From Octopus sinensis (taxonomy: Eukaryota), in contig NC_043001.1 of assembly GCF_006345805.1 (NCBI RefSeq), forward strand, positions 46,252,001 through 46,316,000: 64,000 nt of DNA. The letters are read 5' to 3'. Below, piece after piece: positions 48,659-62,974 of this stretch. Position 1 is the stretch's first letter, and the number at the start of each line of letters is the position of its first letter. A program made the translations under genes and the position numbers. The notes under the pieces are model-generated. The model did not search any database. It worked only from the letters and a program-made list of their open reading frames with translations, and was not told where the DNA came from.

Positions 48659-49124
48659 ATGTATGTATGTATGTATATATGTATGTATGTATACATGCCA
48701 TGGTTAAATGCTGCTTCTAATTTCATGGTAGAAGGCAAGTAAACACTTAACGATCATTTAACTTATACAATGCAAATACCGTGCAAATATACCCGCTTGT
48801 GTCCGCTGATGATTGCAAATATCTGAGTGAAACCATGGTGTAAATTGGATCGTCTCAGCGGACTCAGCAAATAATGTGTGCGCACGCGTATGTGAAATGT
48901 GTTGTGTTGATTATATGTGTGTGTGTGTGCGTGTTTGTGCTTAACCAACACAGTGTAAATATCGGACATATAAACCTGCTTTGTATCAAGTTATGATTGC
49001 AGATATGTAAGTGAAATCATAATTCATAAGAGTGACATGCCTAATTTATGAATTTGTGAGTCCAAGAGCAGGAGCTGATAAAGTCTAGGAATAGAAAACA
49101 ATAATGCCAAATGTTTTATTTGTT

Positions 49125-49282
49125 TTAGTCATTGCACTTCGGTCATGCTGGGGCATCGCTTTAAAGAGTCTGGTACTTAATGTATCGATAGTTTTGCCGA
49201 ACCGTTAAGTTACGGGAGCGTCAACAAACCAACACCGGTTGTTGAGCGTTGGCGAAGGACAAACACAGGCACGATATACGCA

Positions 49283-49327
<45 letters not shown>

Positions 49328-49500
49328 GACGGCCTTCTACATATTTTCCGTCTTTTCAAACTACAAAATTCCACTCACAGGGAATTGGTCAGCCCAGAGC
49401 TATAGTGGAAGAACACTTTCCCAAGATGTTGCACAGTAGGACTGAACCCAAGACCACATGGTTGCAAAGCGAGTGCTTTAACAATACTGCCGTCCCTGCG
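49125..49500 (-). mobile_element. tRNA-derived SINE family B, degenerate
   Basis: Similar to 54262-54622. Confidence 0.7.
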
Positions 49501-50910
49501 ACCGTAAATATTTACGTTTTGTTATCTTGGTTCTAAACTGCGATGAACTATTAAATTGCCCTTCATCAGTCTGGGTTCCCGAAAGATTAGTCCAGTAGAT
49601 GTGTGCCGCCTACTCCCACTAAACCAAACATGTGTCACCTAGTGTAAAAGTTTCAAGCAGTTGTTTTAAAATTCATTATGATATTTACCCCACTCTTCGT
49701 TTTCCGCAAAAATAAGTTTAAATAAGAAGTAAATGAGATTAAAAAATTGCATTAAAATGAAAATAACGAGGAACAGGAAAATAAATTAAGAATAAAAACC
49801 CAAATGTCAAATTATCCAGAATATTTTTTTCGTTTTTAAATTTTCTCCTTCTTATCTATCTATCTATCTATCTATCTAACATACATTTACATGCATATGT
49901 GTGCATATATACATATGTATACGTGTGTGGTTGTGTTTGTGTGTGAGAATACATGTATGTAGATGTGTATGTGTGTGTGCTTGTATATAGAAGTATCTAT
50001 CTATTTGTCTGTTTATTATCTATCTATACACACACACATACACGCGCGCGTATATATATATACATATATAATAGTTGTTTTCCTATAGTTTCACGTGTTC
50101 CCAATAGAAAAGTTTTGTGAAGAATTTAAAATTTAATTCTTACCTTTTCAATACGAAATCCAATTTCAATGCAAAATTTACAAGCGCAAGAAAATCTAAT
50201 CTATTAGATTACAAAATCAAAAGCAAGGAATATAGACGTGGCTATATATATATATATGTACATATATGAATAAGCTTAACTATACATTCTTCTTTCTCTG
50301 TACTCTCTCTTCCGTCCCACCTCAATCTTCGTGTTTATACGTATTATGTATATGTATTTATCTATCTTCCCTAACTGTCACTTATCTATCTATAAATCTT
50401 CCTAACATTTATCAAAAAGAATGAACGTGACTGTCTCAGCGTCTCCGAAGATCGACGACAGAACAACGGTGACTGGTTTGGTGACGTTAATTCGAGAAAC
50501 TATAAAAATAAAATGGATGCTCGAGGCAGCCATAGTGAAACATCAAAACGTGACAAGAAAGTATGTGTAATATAGAGAGGCGGACAAACGAACTAATACA
50601 CGCACGCACGCACGCACGCAAGCACACATAGACACACAGACACTCATGCTCACAAATAATATATGTAGGTGTATGTATGCATACATACACGTGTATGTGT
50701 GTATGTATATACATATATATTTTATATAGACGTATATATACATACATGTATATATATATATATATCTATATATATATATAGATATATATATATATATATA
50801 TACATATATAACACATACATACATACACACACAACATACCCATATATATATATATTATATATATATATATATTATATATATATATTATATATATATATAT
50901 ATATATATGT

Positions 50911-51072
50911 AGGCGCAGGAGTGGCTGGGTGGTAAAAAAGCTTGCTCCCAACCACATGGTTCCGGGTTCAGTCCCACTGCGTGGCACCTTGGACATCTTC
51001 TACTATAGCCTCGGACTGACCAGAGCTTGTGAGTGGATTTGGTAGATGGAAACTGGAAGAAGCCTGTCGTAT
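50911..51072 (+). mobile_element. SINE family B 5' half
   Basis: aggcgcaggagtggctgggtggtaaaaaagcttgc...ccgggttcagtcccactgcgtggcaccttgg. Confidence 0.8.
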
Positions 51073-51077
51073 ATATA

Positions 51078-51111
<34 letters not shown>

Positions 51112-51515
51112 ATATATATATATATATATATATAACACTACTATATATATATATATATATATATATATTAGTAGTGTTTGTTTTTATGTGATTTTGCCCT
51201 TTCTCACAAGGCGGCGAGTGGACAGAAATGTTAGAGCGTTGAGAAACAAATGTTTTGCAGTATTTACTCCGATCTGTTATCTTCTGAGTTCAATACTCGC
51301 TTACATCAACTTTGTATTTCATTTCTCTAGAGACGATGGTATCGACTTACTCCCTTCCTTCAAAGATTGGCTGACCTTGTTGCTGGATTAGGAAAAAAAT
51401 ATACTTTCCCACTCTGTTGTAGATTGATTGTACTGACTATCATGAGATGGTAATATCTCTCACATTTACTTATTGTGAGGTTAATGTTTTCGTTTATGTC
51501 TCGACATAAACGAAA

Positions 51516-51833
51516 GCGCGTGGCTTAGTGCTTAGGGTATTCGGCTCACAATCGTAAGGTCGCATGTTCAATTTCCGGCGTTGCGTTGTGTTCCTTGAGC
51601 AGGTCTCTTTATTTCACGTTGCTCCCGTCCACTCAGGTGGAAAAAAATGAGTAGTACCTGTATTTCAAAAGGCCAGCCTTGTCATACCCCGTCTCATCCC
51701 GAATATCCCTGAGAACTATGTTAAGGGTACGCGTGTCTGTGGAGTGCTCAGCCACTTGAGCGTTAATTTCACGAGCAGGGTGTTCCGTTGATCGGATCAA
51801 CTCGAACCTTCGTCGTCGTAACAGACGGAGTGT
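51516..51833 (+). mobile_element. Full-length tRNA-derived SINE family C
   Basis: A/B-box head gcgcgtggcttagtgcttagggtattcggctcacaatcgtaaggtcgcatgttcaatttcc. Near-duplicated ttatgtctc(g/t)acata flanks (51494 and 51841) may be a target-site duplication. Confidence 0.85.
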
Positions 51834-52298
51834 CCGTCGGTTATGTCTCTACATAGCCTACAGTTGTCAATCGATGTGTTATGTAGAAGATATTTAGTGA
51901 GGCTTTCTTCCCTCTCATACTGTATTGAGACAGCTTTCGAGGTGAAATGTTCGCTGTCGGTATGTCTTCTATATGGTACTCTGGCAGTCTATTGGGCGGT
52001 AAAATTTAGCTGGGCAATTTGACTTCAATTTTTTTTTTTTAATGAGAAGAGTAATGGCATTTGATAACCTTTTAGCCCGTCTGACCCTGATGCTCATTTC
52101 AAACAGTGTTATGGAAAGCTCGAAAAAATTCGTCGGTTAAATAGTGTGTCTGTCTGAATTAAAAGTGCCCGTACAATTTTTATCTATATGCTAGACCTAC
52201 TGAGAAGGTTATCGAAGTCCAGCATATGCGTTGATTCTTATGTATGTATGTATGTATGTATGTATGTATGTATGTATGTATGTATGTATGTATGTATG

Positions 52299-52329
<31 letters not shown>

Positions 52330-53144
52330 GCATGCATGTAGGTTTGTATATGAATGTATTAATAGATATTGCACTAACGCTTAAATATATCTGCAAATGT
52401 ATGTTAGCAAATGCTATCGTTTATTCGTACTTGTAGCTTTCATACACTTTTATATCTATACGTATACACACACATATACACTCGGACACACACATATAAG
52501 TATATATATTCATATATGCATAGATTTTGGGGTTTTGTGTGTGTTTTCGTGAAGACACGCATATAAATATGAAGATAAGTCTTTACGTATATTTGTGATT
52601 AAGTTGTGCATTCGCAGAGAAGACACAAAATAACATAGTTTTTACAGGAGTAAATATACAGATAATATTCTATTCACAACACACACACACACATGCACAG
52701 TATTACGTACTACTCACACATATGCATACAGAAATATGTACATAAGTGTTGAGAAGCAAAACGCGCGCAAACACACATATACACATAAATACATATATAC
52801 ATACATACATGTAGACAATCTGCAATTTGTATCTACGCTTTTCTTGAAATGACGCAGTTTCCGAGAACAAAAACACGCAAAACAGTAATACTCACATAAA
52901 TCAATTTGTGCACAAACACACGAACTGATTCATGTATTTCTGTACTGTCACAAGCATACATTCAGCTCATTGAGTTACAATATATATATATCAAGATTAA
53001 TCAGCCGAAATTGCGAGGATGATCCGGTTCTTGACTGAAGATTAGAGGCTTCGAATGACTCGTCCGTTTTTTGTATCGTCTATTTGAATGTTTTGCGTTC
53101 TTGTCCCATTTTGTATTTTTTTTATATATAAGTAAATAATATAA

Positions 53145-53194
<50 letters not shown>

Positions 53195-53207
53195 ATATAT
53201 ATATTTA

Positions 53208-53760
53208 CGAGCAAAACGCCCCCCGTCCAATGGACGGTGCTGAATCATATCTGCTGAATAAAAAGAAATCAGTGTTTTTTTTTTCTTAAAGAATAATTAA
53301 GCATGCCTTAATTCAATAAAATGTTTGGTTTTGTTAAACGAAGTTAAGGCAAAAGAAAAACAATACTTCTTGAGAAACCAAATAATCTTTCCTTCCTTCA
53401 TGCCAAGTTTGAAGAAAATATCTCTTTTGCATCTTACTTTTTTGGTCTCTTAAATATACTGTATTTTGTGGCATTATTTCAAGCCAGCCGGCTTTTTTTG
53501 CGCAAACTGCACGTGCACTTTTCTCGCGTATGCGTAGTATCGATTGCAACAGCTGATATACTTGCGCGTACAAATGCACGATCCCACGGCTTTATCGATC
53601 GCATTCTCACCTGGAATCGATTTTTGTAAATTTTTCAAGACTTATACACACCCTGATACCATCGGTATCTACATATCAAATTTGAGCGCAATCGGATGGA
53701 AGATACCTGAGATCCTAGAAGACACATACATAGACAGACAGAACGGATTTTATATAATAT
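53208..53760 (+). mobile_element. DINE/HINE-like Helitron-associated element
   Basis: 5' hairpin ccgtcca-a-tggacgg. The 3' part matches the 20690-20850 unit and ends gacagacagaacggattttatata. Confidence 0.6.
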
Positions 53761-53766
53761 ATATAG

Positions 53767-53803
<37 letters not shown>

Positions 53804-54261
53804 CGTGGGACACCATTTTTTTAAAAATTACGTTTTGAAATTCGGTGTCGCAACAATCCGAATGACGCATGATTCGCCATATTCTTTCAGAAATTCCTAC
53901 TTGTTTCTAAGTGAAATAGCAATTTAAAACGCCTTATTATGCTGTGGATTCAATAGATATTGGTTTTGTCATATATTTTATTGACGTTTTCCTTTTAAGT
54001 AAAGATACCAGCACAATCCCCATCGGAAGATTTTGTTGCATTTCTCCATATTTGTATAAACACACACAGACAGTCAGACACATGTTTAATTTGTATCTTA
54101 TATTAATTAAGCTATGACGAACTATGTTTCCGTTCCGCAGTCATGTAATTTATATAAATAAGTCGAAATACATGCGCATGTGTGTGAATGTATGAAATAA
54201 TTTTTATAAACTTGAATGTCTGGAAACTTTTATGGGTTTATTTGAGATTTCTCTTTCTCTT

Positions 54262-54622
54262 TTCTCTTTTACTTGTTTCAGTCATTTGACTGCGGCCATG
54301 CTGGAGCACCGCCTTTAGTACTTATTCTATCGGTCTCTTTTGCCGAACCGCTAAGTGACGGGGACGTAAACATACCAGCATCGGTTGTCAAGCAATGCTA
54401 GGGGGACAAACACAGACACACAAACATATACACACACACTTATATATATATATATACATATATACGACAGGCTTCTTTCAGTTTCCGTCTACCAAATCCA
54501 CTCACAAGGCATTGGTCGGCCCGGGGCTATAGCAGAAGACACTTGCCCAAGATGCCACGCAGTGGGACTGAACCCGGAACCATGTGGTTGGTTAGCAAGC
54601 TACTTACCACACAGCCACTCCT
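54262..54622 (-). mobile_element. Full-length SINE family B
   Basis: Reverse complement of 55211-55610. Confidence 0.88.
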
Positions 54623-54721
54623 TAAGTTTTTTTTTTGTTTCATTTGGAGAATTCAAGCTGGCCACTAGGAAGTGGCAAGGCTCTTTTGTTTCAGTTAAGA
54701 CAGGTATGGGACTTAGTATGA

Positions 54722-55050
54722 AGACGCGTGGTTTAATGGTTAGGGTATTCGGCTCACGATTGTAAGGTCGTGAGTTCGATTTCCGGCGGTGCGTTGTGTC
54801 CTTGAGCAAGACACTTTAGTTCACGTTGCTTGAATTCACTCAGCTGATAAAAATGAGTAGTACCTGTAATTCAAAAGGGCCAGCCTTGTCACATTCTGCG
54901 TCACGCTGAATCTGCCTGAAAGCAACGTTAAGGGTACGCGTGCCTGTGGAGTACTCAGCCACTTGCAGGTTAATTTCAGGAGCAGGTTGTTCCGTTGATT
55001 GGATCAACTCGAATCATCGGATTATCGTCGTCGTAACTGACGGAATGCCA
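54722..55050 (+). mobile_element. Full-length SINE family C
   Basis: Matches 51516-51833. Confidence 0.85.
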
Positions 55051-55210
55051 GGGGAAAAGAGGTCATCTGAATCGGCTGATACGTATGTAATAATGTGGTT
55101 GTGCTCATGGGAGATTTGCATTTGCATGCTGGGTATTCGTCTCACACGTTTTACACTTTAGTATGCAAGTCTTTCTGTGTTCATACTTATGTATATAAGG
55201 ATATGTATAC

Positions 55211-55610
55211 AGGCGCAGGAGTGGCTGTGTGGTAAGTAGCTTGCTTACGAACCACATGTTTCCGGGTTCAGTCCCACTGCGTGGCACGTTGGGCAAGTGT
55301 CTTCTACTATAGCCTCGGGTCGACCAAAGTCTTGTGAGTGGATTTGGTAGACGGAAACTGAAAGAAGCCCGTCGTATATATATACATGTGTGTGTGTGTA
55401 TTGTTGTATGTCTGTGTTTGTCCCCCCACCATCACTTGACAAACGATGCTGGTGTGTTTACGTCCCCGTAACATAGCGGTTCGGCAAAAAGAGACCGATA
55501 AAATAAGTACTAGGCTTAATAAGAATAAGTTCCGAGGTTGATTTGTTCGACTAAAGGCGGTGCTCCAGCATGGCCGCAGTCAAATGACTGAAACAAATAA
55601 AAGAATAAAA
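55211..55610 (+). mobile_element. Full-length SINE family B (CORE-like central ccttgggcaagtgtctt)
   Basis: tRNA-like head, central domain, internal microsatellite and ...gcggtgctccagcatggccgcagtcaaatgactgaaac tail. Probably one of the described octopus OK/OR SINEs; exact family not assigned. Confidence 0.88.
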
Positions 55611-55816
55611 GAAGAGAAAAGAAAAGAATGTCTGGCGGAAGAACTTCACATGAGAGTCCCTCGAGTATTTTACATGATTTTCACATGTTTAACACGGAGA
55701 AACTCACGTGGAGGATGTCTGGAACGTTTTGCAAATTTTAACTCTACGACTGGTTTTGTGTATTTGGAAAACACGGATTAGTTTGACTTATGTATGTATG
55801 TAAGTATGTATGTATG

Positions 55817-55850
<34 letters not shown>

Positions 55851-55895
55851 TGTATGTATGTATGTATGTATGTATGTATGTATATATGTATGTAT

Positions 55896-55995
55896 NNNNN
55901 NNNNNNNNNNNNNNNNNNNNNNNNNNNNNNNNNNNNNNNNNNNNNNNNNNNNNNNNNNNNNNNNNNNNNNNNNNNNNNNNNNNNNNNNNNNNNNN
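55896..55995. other. Assembly gap (100 N) within or next to a (TATG)n tract
   Basis: Run of exactly 100 n; the true distance is unknown. Confidence 0.99.
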
Positions 55996-56382
55996 GAGAA
56001 AACCTTCGGGTGTATGTATGTATGTATGTATGTATGTATGTATGTATGTATGTATGTATGTATGTATGTATGTATGTATGTATGTGTGAGTGTGTGCAAA
56101 TACACACACACATATGTGCAGGTTACTCTGTGATTAATCGGTGGAGTGACGAGGGCAGTGTAATCTATTTGAGTGTAAACTTACATATATCATATAAACA
56201 AGGACATCGAAAGCATTGCCATGAAATTTAGATGTTCTCGTTGCAATAGTCAAATACCGGGTTCAATCCCACTGCGTACCATCTTGGTACCAATATGTTT
56301 TTTACTACTGTTTCAGATCAACTGATACCTTATGACTGATACCTTAGAAGTCAGTTTAGACTTCTAAACTAGAGTTGGGATA

Positions 56383-56690
56383 ACATGTTCTTTGTCTATC
56401 TCCTTAACTTCTTGGAGATTTTAGGTATAATTATACTAATATGTCCATCTGTTCTAATTTAATTAAATTCCATGTCTTTGTGCAGCTGAAGATTGCATGC
56501 ATTTTAAATTGATGTAATGATTGCATTGTTTAATTAAATGGAGTTGCATGAACGATCGTACTGCATTACTCTGGATATCCTTTTTGGCTTATTTTGATTT
56601 TAATCACCTTACTTTGAAAGTGGAATGGATAATACCGTACTAAATTCTGGTGCCTCAACTTAAGTACCATATTCACCTGAATCTAAATTT
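56383..56690 (+). mobile_element. Solo copy of the non-coding element forming the 42.2-42.7 kb fold-back
   Basis: About 300 bp of direct similarity to 42478-42698 and inverse similarity to 42160-42436. Confidence 0.8.
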
Positions 56691-57047
56691 TTGCTGTATA
56701 TATATATATATACATGACGAGCTTCTTTCAGTTTCTGTATGTGTGCGCACGAGCGAGCGTGTGTGTATGTGTGTGTGTGAGTGTCTGTGTTGTCTCCCTC
56801 CCTCCACCAGTGCTGGTGTATTTATGTTCTCGTACCTTAGCGGTATTCCCTATTTAAAAGAATTCAAAAGTTTTTTTTACAATAATCATCATACGTTCGC
56901 ATATTCAAATACTCTCCCTAATGGAGATGACCAGTCGAATAAATTCGAAGAATTTATGAAATGACATGCCAAAGATTTACTGTATTTAGGGCTTTCTGTA
57001 CAAAGACAGCTGGCAAATAGTATCTGAAAGAATCACTTTTTAGTTTA

Positions 57048-57445
57048 CTAGCAGTATCGCCCGGCGTTGCTCGGGTTTGTAAGGGAAATAATTATATAAG
57101 CAGTTTTAGAGATGTAAAGTATAATAGCCATCTCAATATGGCTAACCACAAAGGGGGGTGTTACTGTAGCTTTTTACGTTCTGAGATAATAATAAATTTT
57201 TAGAGAGTTACTTCCTTATATATGAATATATGCCAAAAAGCATTAAAAATGGGAAAAATTGATGGTAAATTTTTTTAATCGTAGACTCATCGTAGACGCG
57301 CGCTAATACCCAGAAGGGCTCGATATGAATCACGACTATAAGATACCCGGTTTTGGTTAAACTGCACCGCAAAATGTGGGAGTAGTTAGGTATCTAAATC
57401 GTAGGAGACAGACAGCACACAACCTCACTTTTATATATAAAGATA
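57048..57445 (+). mobile_element. Helitron-associated DINE/HINE-like element
   Basis: Starts tactagcagtatcgcccggcgttgctcggg, ends acagacagcacacaacctcacttttatatataaagat. Confidence 0.65.
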
Positions 57446-60180
57446 TATCAAAATATGTTTAAAACATTAACCATAAGCGTGCTTCAATAGGAATGTAATT
57501 AAGAAAATAAAGAGCATTAAAAATGAAGTAAAATAAAAAGGCATAGATAAGCAAAAATGCCACAAATCTTATGAAAAAAACGTGGCAATAACTGCTTTTA
57601 AAAAAGGAAAATAGAAAAGTGCAATTGAGAATCATTTAAAATAATTGATTGTCGCCTCAACACTATAATAGTAATGATAAAAGCGTTTGATTAAGATGTT
57701 TTACAATCCTTCTTATTACTTCTTCTACTTCTGATGAGTAATGTACTAAAGTACATATCGGTTCCTGATGTGCCAGAAACGCCGTTTGCCCCTGACATAC
57801 TGGAACAGTTGTCTCCACCTACTGTCGTACTGGAACAGCCGTCATGTCTTTAACGTGATAGAGCAGACGTCTGTCTTTGACATACCAGAGCATTCAGTTT
57901 GCAGCGTGCGAGAAGACATCATTTAGCGAACCTCATCAGGTGTGAAGTCCTGATGTAACAGAGCAGATGACTTTCTGTGACGCGCCAAATTAGACGTCTG
58001 TCTGTGACGTGTCTGAGAGGACGTTTAGAATCATCGCCCCGCCCCCACTCCTGACGTGCTAGTGGTTTACCTACTTCGGACATGCCGGAGTAAGCAAAAG
58101 TATGTCGGACCGTATCACAGATCCTGTGATGAAAGTGATGGCTGAAATATCGTTATCCGGATCGAAAAACTAGAACACTGGTTTATTCCATGCTTTGTCA
58201 ATAGGATGTATAAAACATAAGAATCATACAGAAACATTCAACTTCTATAGATGACCTGTTTTTCTCAGAAAGTTTACTTTAGTCCTACTCGGCCTATTAA
58301 ATGCAGTTTGTATTTTTTAAGGTAAATGTTATGTTTCACAACTTATTGTGTCGTCAAGACACCACTGAAGATCCTATGGTCTTGTTGTGTATACATCTAG
58401 GGCACGAAATCTTAGCAGGATCCATACCTCTGCATACTGTACCTATGGAAAGTATTGTAAGTACTCGATGTCAGTGCGTACTAGAGTGTAAGTAGTTGGG
58501 GTCAGGCTGCATTGTAATCACAGATCCGTTCGATCAGGATTGCTCAGAAATAAAGCAGCAACGCAGAAATATGCAATCGATAGTAGTGATGTAGAGGGCA
58601 TGTCGATGATGTTACCAAATTCACTCACAAGAAAATGGTCAGTCTGGGACCATGGCAGGAGATGTTTCTGAAGGGGCTACACCGTACGATTGAAACAGAG
58701 ATCCCTTGGTCACGAAGCAAGATTCATAACCACATAACCATACTTGCACTTACAACGTAACCGGTGGTTGTAGTATCGATTTTAAGAGTATTGATCTTGT
58801 AGTTTGATCTCAGGTCAGCCCTGACTTAGCAGACCTATGAATATTTCTGTCGTGACTACCATGTTTTTAAAGATGGTAGACTATGATTGGAAGGAAATAT
58901 TGCTAATCTTTTTAAAATCATATGAGCGCTTAAAATCCCCCTGTTTTAGTGAGCTGTTGATGGCTGAGTCAGATTATATAAAAACTTCACTTTTATTTTA
59001 CAAAAAAACCCCAAAAAACCATTAGATTCAATTGCAGTGAAGGGGTGATGGACTTATTGCCCTCTTCTAGAACTCTCCTCTATTGTCTAATTGTTGCTGG
59101 CGCAGACCATCACCAGTTTCCATACATTTCAGCTTTTACTCTAATAATGTTAGAGTGTTGTAGAAGAGAAATAAGACTTCTATGAACGGCTACAAAACAC
59201 GAGAAATCTCTTGTTTTTTTCCCCTCAAGCATATATATTTACAGCACCGTCATAAAAGGAAAAAATATATATAAATAAATAACTGTAAAAACAACAATTC
59301 ATATGTGAGGACAAGAAGTTTATTTGTAGAGGGAAAAAAATGTATATCAGTAAGAACTGGGTGAACTTGTAAAATCGTACACAGGATCTTCATTGTTCCG
59401 TGCCAACCGGAAACGAGAGACTGCAGTCTCGCCACTGGAGGCACCATATCAATAAATGTGATATTCATAGAGAGCTTCTGCATAGCGGAAGACGGAAATA
59501 CCATTGTATCTATCTGTTTATATATGTTTGGGTTTGCGTTGTATGTGTGTATATGTGCTGTATGTGTTTATGTTATGAGTGTGTGTTTGTGTTGTGAATG
59601 TGTGCTCGTATGACGTGTGAGTGTGCGTACATGTCTCTGTGTGTGCGTGCAAACGAGTGCGTTTCTGTATATATTCATAAATACAAATATGTGTGTGTGT
59701 ATGTAAAAACAACATATAAGTACAAGTACATGTATGTATATGTGTGTGTGTGTGTTTGTGTGTGTATGTATGTACATAAGTATGAATACACACATGTATA
59801 TGTTTACATATATTTAGATATATATATTTATATTTACATATATACAAACATATGCGTATGTGCATATATATATATAAATGCGTAAATATATAAATATGTG
59901 TGTATATGTATGTGTATATATACGTATAAATATATAAATATGTGTGTGTGTATATGTATATATACATATGTACATACACACACACACACACACAAGTTTT
60001 TGCAAAAATACTTGTTACAGTCACATTACTTGAAGGCAGATTTTCTTAGAACATCTTTTAAAAAACGCAAGAAACAGAATGACACGAACCTTTTGGGTGG
60101 AAGTTTTTGAATTGTATGTGAGCGCTTTCGCTGTTAAGTTTTTCAAACACACGTGTTATGAGCTAATCCCTTTATATACA

Positions 60181-60270
<90 letters not shown>

Positions 60271-60486
60271 CGTTCAATACGAATAGCAACACCAGATCAT
60301 GCTGGGAACGTTACGTTCTTCCAGAGGTAGTTTTGCCTCATTCCTCGCTCAACACAGCCAAAACTGGAGAGTTCTTAAATGAGTTCGAGAAACTAAGGAG
60401 AGTGAGGTTTGAAATTTTGAACCATTTTTACTATGGCAAATAGTGAGAAAGAGACAGAAAGTGCCGCAACTGAGGAAAAATGTGTA

Positions 60487-60669
60487 CAGTGGCGTAACGA
60501 GAGTGTGCAACACCCGGGGCGGCACTCGAGTCTGCTGCCCACCTACGGGACCCAAAGCTTACACAAACTTGTATAGTAGACTCTAAAGCGTTGACCCCAT
60601 GAAAACGTCACACGAGGCGGATTTCCACCCTTAGCCCCTCACCGTCAAACATCATTAGTTACTCTACTT
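60487..60669. mobile_element. Possible decayed hAT-type MITE
   Basis: cagtggcgtaac at the left end and a degenerate tagttactctac at the right end. Confidence 0.35.
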
Positions 60670-61769
60670 GCTGTAACATGGTGCACTTAGAACTCTATTA
60701 TCTAGTCTGACCTTCTTTTCTAAGATGATAGGATATGATATGAATGAAATTTTGGTTGATATTTCTAACAGATCGGGAGACGACATAGGAGCATGGATTG
60801 TATTTGTATGTACCTGCCTAATTTATGAATGCGTTTGTATGATGCGTGTACGTGTATATATTATACATGTATGTATAATATTTACACATACACACATCAT
60901 GGAAATGTATGCGCATGCATATATGCATAAGCTTTGATTTCAATTCAATTGAATGGCGAAAACTTTTCTTTAGTAAATAACATAAGTTATACGAGTTATA
61001 CAATTAGATTAAATCAAATTCATTGTTTGATCTAGGAGTGAAGCAGGTGAAGGCATATATAAACAATTAAACAAAGTAAAACACGTTGACGTAAAGCTTG
61101 CTTATAAATAAAGGGTGAAACTGTGAACATGAGAGAAACCACGTCTTCTTCAAACTACGATGTAATTCCCACTAAATAATGCATAGTTAGTGATTGTACA
61201 GCTATTTAAGTACAAAAGAATCTTTGTAATGGAAACTTATAAATTATACACCGTGCAAACATGGAAAAATTTTCTTTTTAGGATAGAAAAATGCATTTAA
61301 TAAAAACGAATGCTGTTATAATTTGAAGTTCACAGGGTTTGATAGTTTTAGTGAGTTAACAAGCAACAAAGAGTTGGGCGAATACGGAGAGCACAAAATA
61401 TTTCGTTTCCTGCATTTATTATTAAATAAGAATCTTGGTTTCTTTCAGAACGTAGACAAGTTAAAGTTGTAATTTATTTTTTAGTTTTTGTTACTTATCC
61501 AAATTCACAAATCTCACTGAGATCAAGCCACAGACTCGCAGGGAGTCTATGCATCACAGATTAAGATCGTATGTTGTAAATCAAGACAAACATAAAAAAA
61601 CCATCCAAAATATCATGTATCAAAACACTAAGCGTTGTTTCGCTATCGTAACATCCCTTACGTCAAATACGCCATGTTCGGTCACTTTGATTTTCTGGTT
61701 CTACGTCAATTAAGTTCTCTTTTACTTAATTAGCAACATATGTAAGTTGTTGTCTTAATACAGTTAGTG

Positions 61770-61965
61770 GAAGGCGGCGAGCTGTCAAAAAGTTTAGCGC
61801 GTCGGACAAAATGCTTCGAGGAATTACTTCCGGCTCCTTACGTTCTAAGATCAAATCCCACCAAGGTCGACTTTGTCTTTTATCTATTACTCAAGTACTG
61901 GGCTTGATGTAATCTACAAACCCTGTCCCACCAAAATTGTTCGTTTTATGCCAACATTTGAAACA
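61770..61965 (+). mobile_element. SINE family A copy
   Basis: aaggcggcgagctgtcaaaaagtttagc...ggtcgactttgtctttt. Confidence 0.75.
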
Positions 61966-62084
61966 ATAATTATAACAGATACTGCATAGTATATTTGAAA
62001 AATGGCGGGAAAAATATAGTAACTAATAATAATAATGATAATTACATGATGATGATGATGAATTGAAGTGGGAAATACGTAGAT

Positions 62085-62325
62085 TGTGGGCAATGAAGAA
62101 AATGGACGTGATACCAATAGTAATTGGCGTGCATGGAAGTATCAGCCCTCAACTACCAGCGTGACTCAAAGAGATTAGTACAAATATAAAGATAGAACAC
62201 CTACAAAATTTATCATTGCTTGGAACTGCTAAAGTTTTCCATGGGGTTCTTGGAGCATGACCAGCAAACAAGTGTCAACTTAGTCTGCTGGCTGTGGACA
62301 GCTGACATTTTCCACCCTACCCAGC
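62085..62325 (+). mobile_element. R4/Dong-type 3' end flanked by TAA-rich repeats
   Basis: Frame reads WAMKKMDVIPIVIGVHGSISPQLPA*LKEISTNIKIEHLQNLSLLGTAKVFHGVLGA*. Confidence 0.7.
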
Positions 62326-62910
62326 AAAATAATTATGATTATTATTATCATTATAATAAATTTCCTGATGCAGTACCAGGCAGTGGCTCTCATGGCTTCT
62401 GATCTTCACTGATTGGAAATATTATCATGTACATTGTTTTGTGTTGGTATAAAAGATGGGCTACAGCAAATATTCTGCTCAATACCACAAATTTGCTTTC
62501 AGTTGCTTGACCATAACTAGTTGAGCATGTCCCTAAGTGGCTGACGATATGTGCATCTCTGATCACGAGCAGAAGTAGTGGGGAGCATCATAGCTATGTG
62601 TTGAGAGGAATTCTTTGAGGTTTGGATAATTCACCTCTGGAAACATGGTGTGTTTTGTTCAACATCCTTAAACAACCCTTATTCAAGGACTTTTGAGCGG
62701 GATTGGTTACTCGACTTGAAGAAAATTCTAACTGGGCCCCACCTGCAAGATCATGCGCTGTTTATTTTGCTATGAGATTATGTCACGCACATATGGTTGT
62801 GATGCATGTACCTGGTGTACCCTTATCAGACGGGTGGTCATGATGGGCATACTGGGCTTCGTATATTTTGCCCCAGTGGCACTTTGATGACATACCCTGC
62901 TCTCTTACTC

Positions 62911-62974
<64 letters not shown>

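Noticed and set aside
50420-50570. CpG-rich patch with a 49-codon + strand ORF (MNVTVSASPKIDD...)
   Set aside because: Short, unrecognised and without convincing splice sites; cannot be told from chance.
52995-53075. ctgaaga...gaat motif in an element starting taatcagccgaa like the 11.3-kb hammerhead flank
   Set aside because: GAAT instead of GAAA and no paired stem II.
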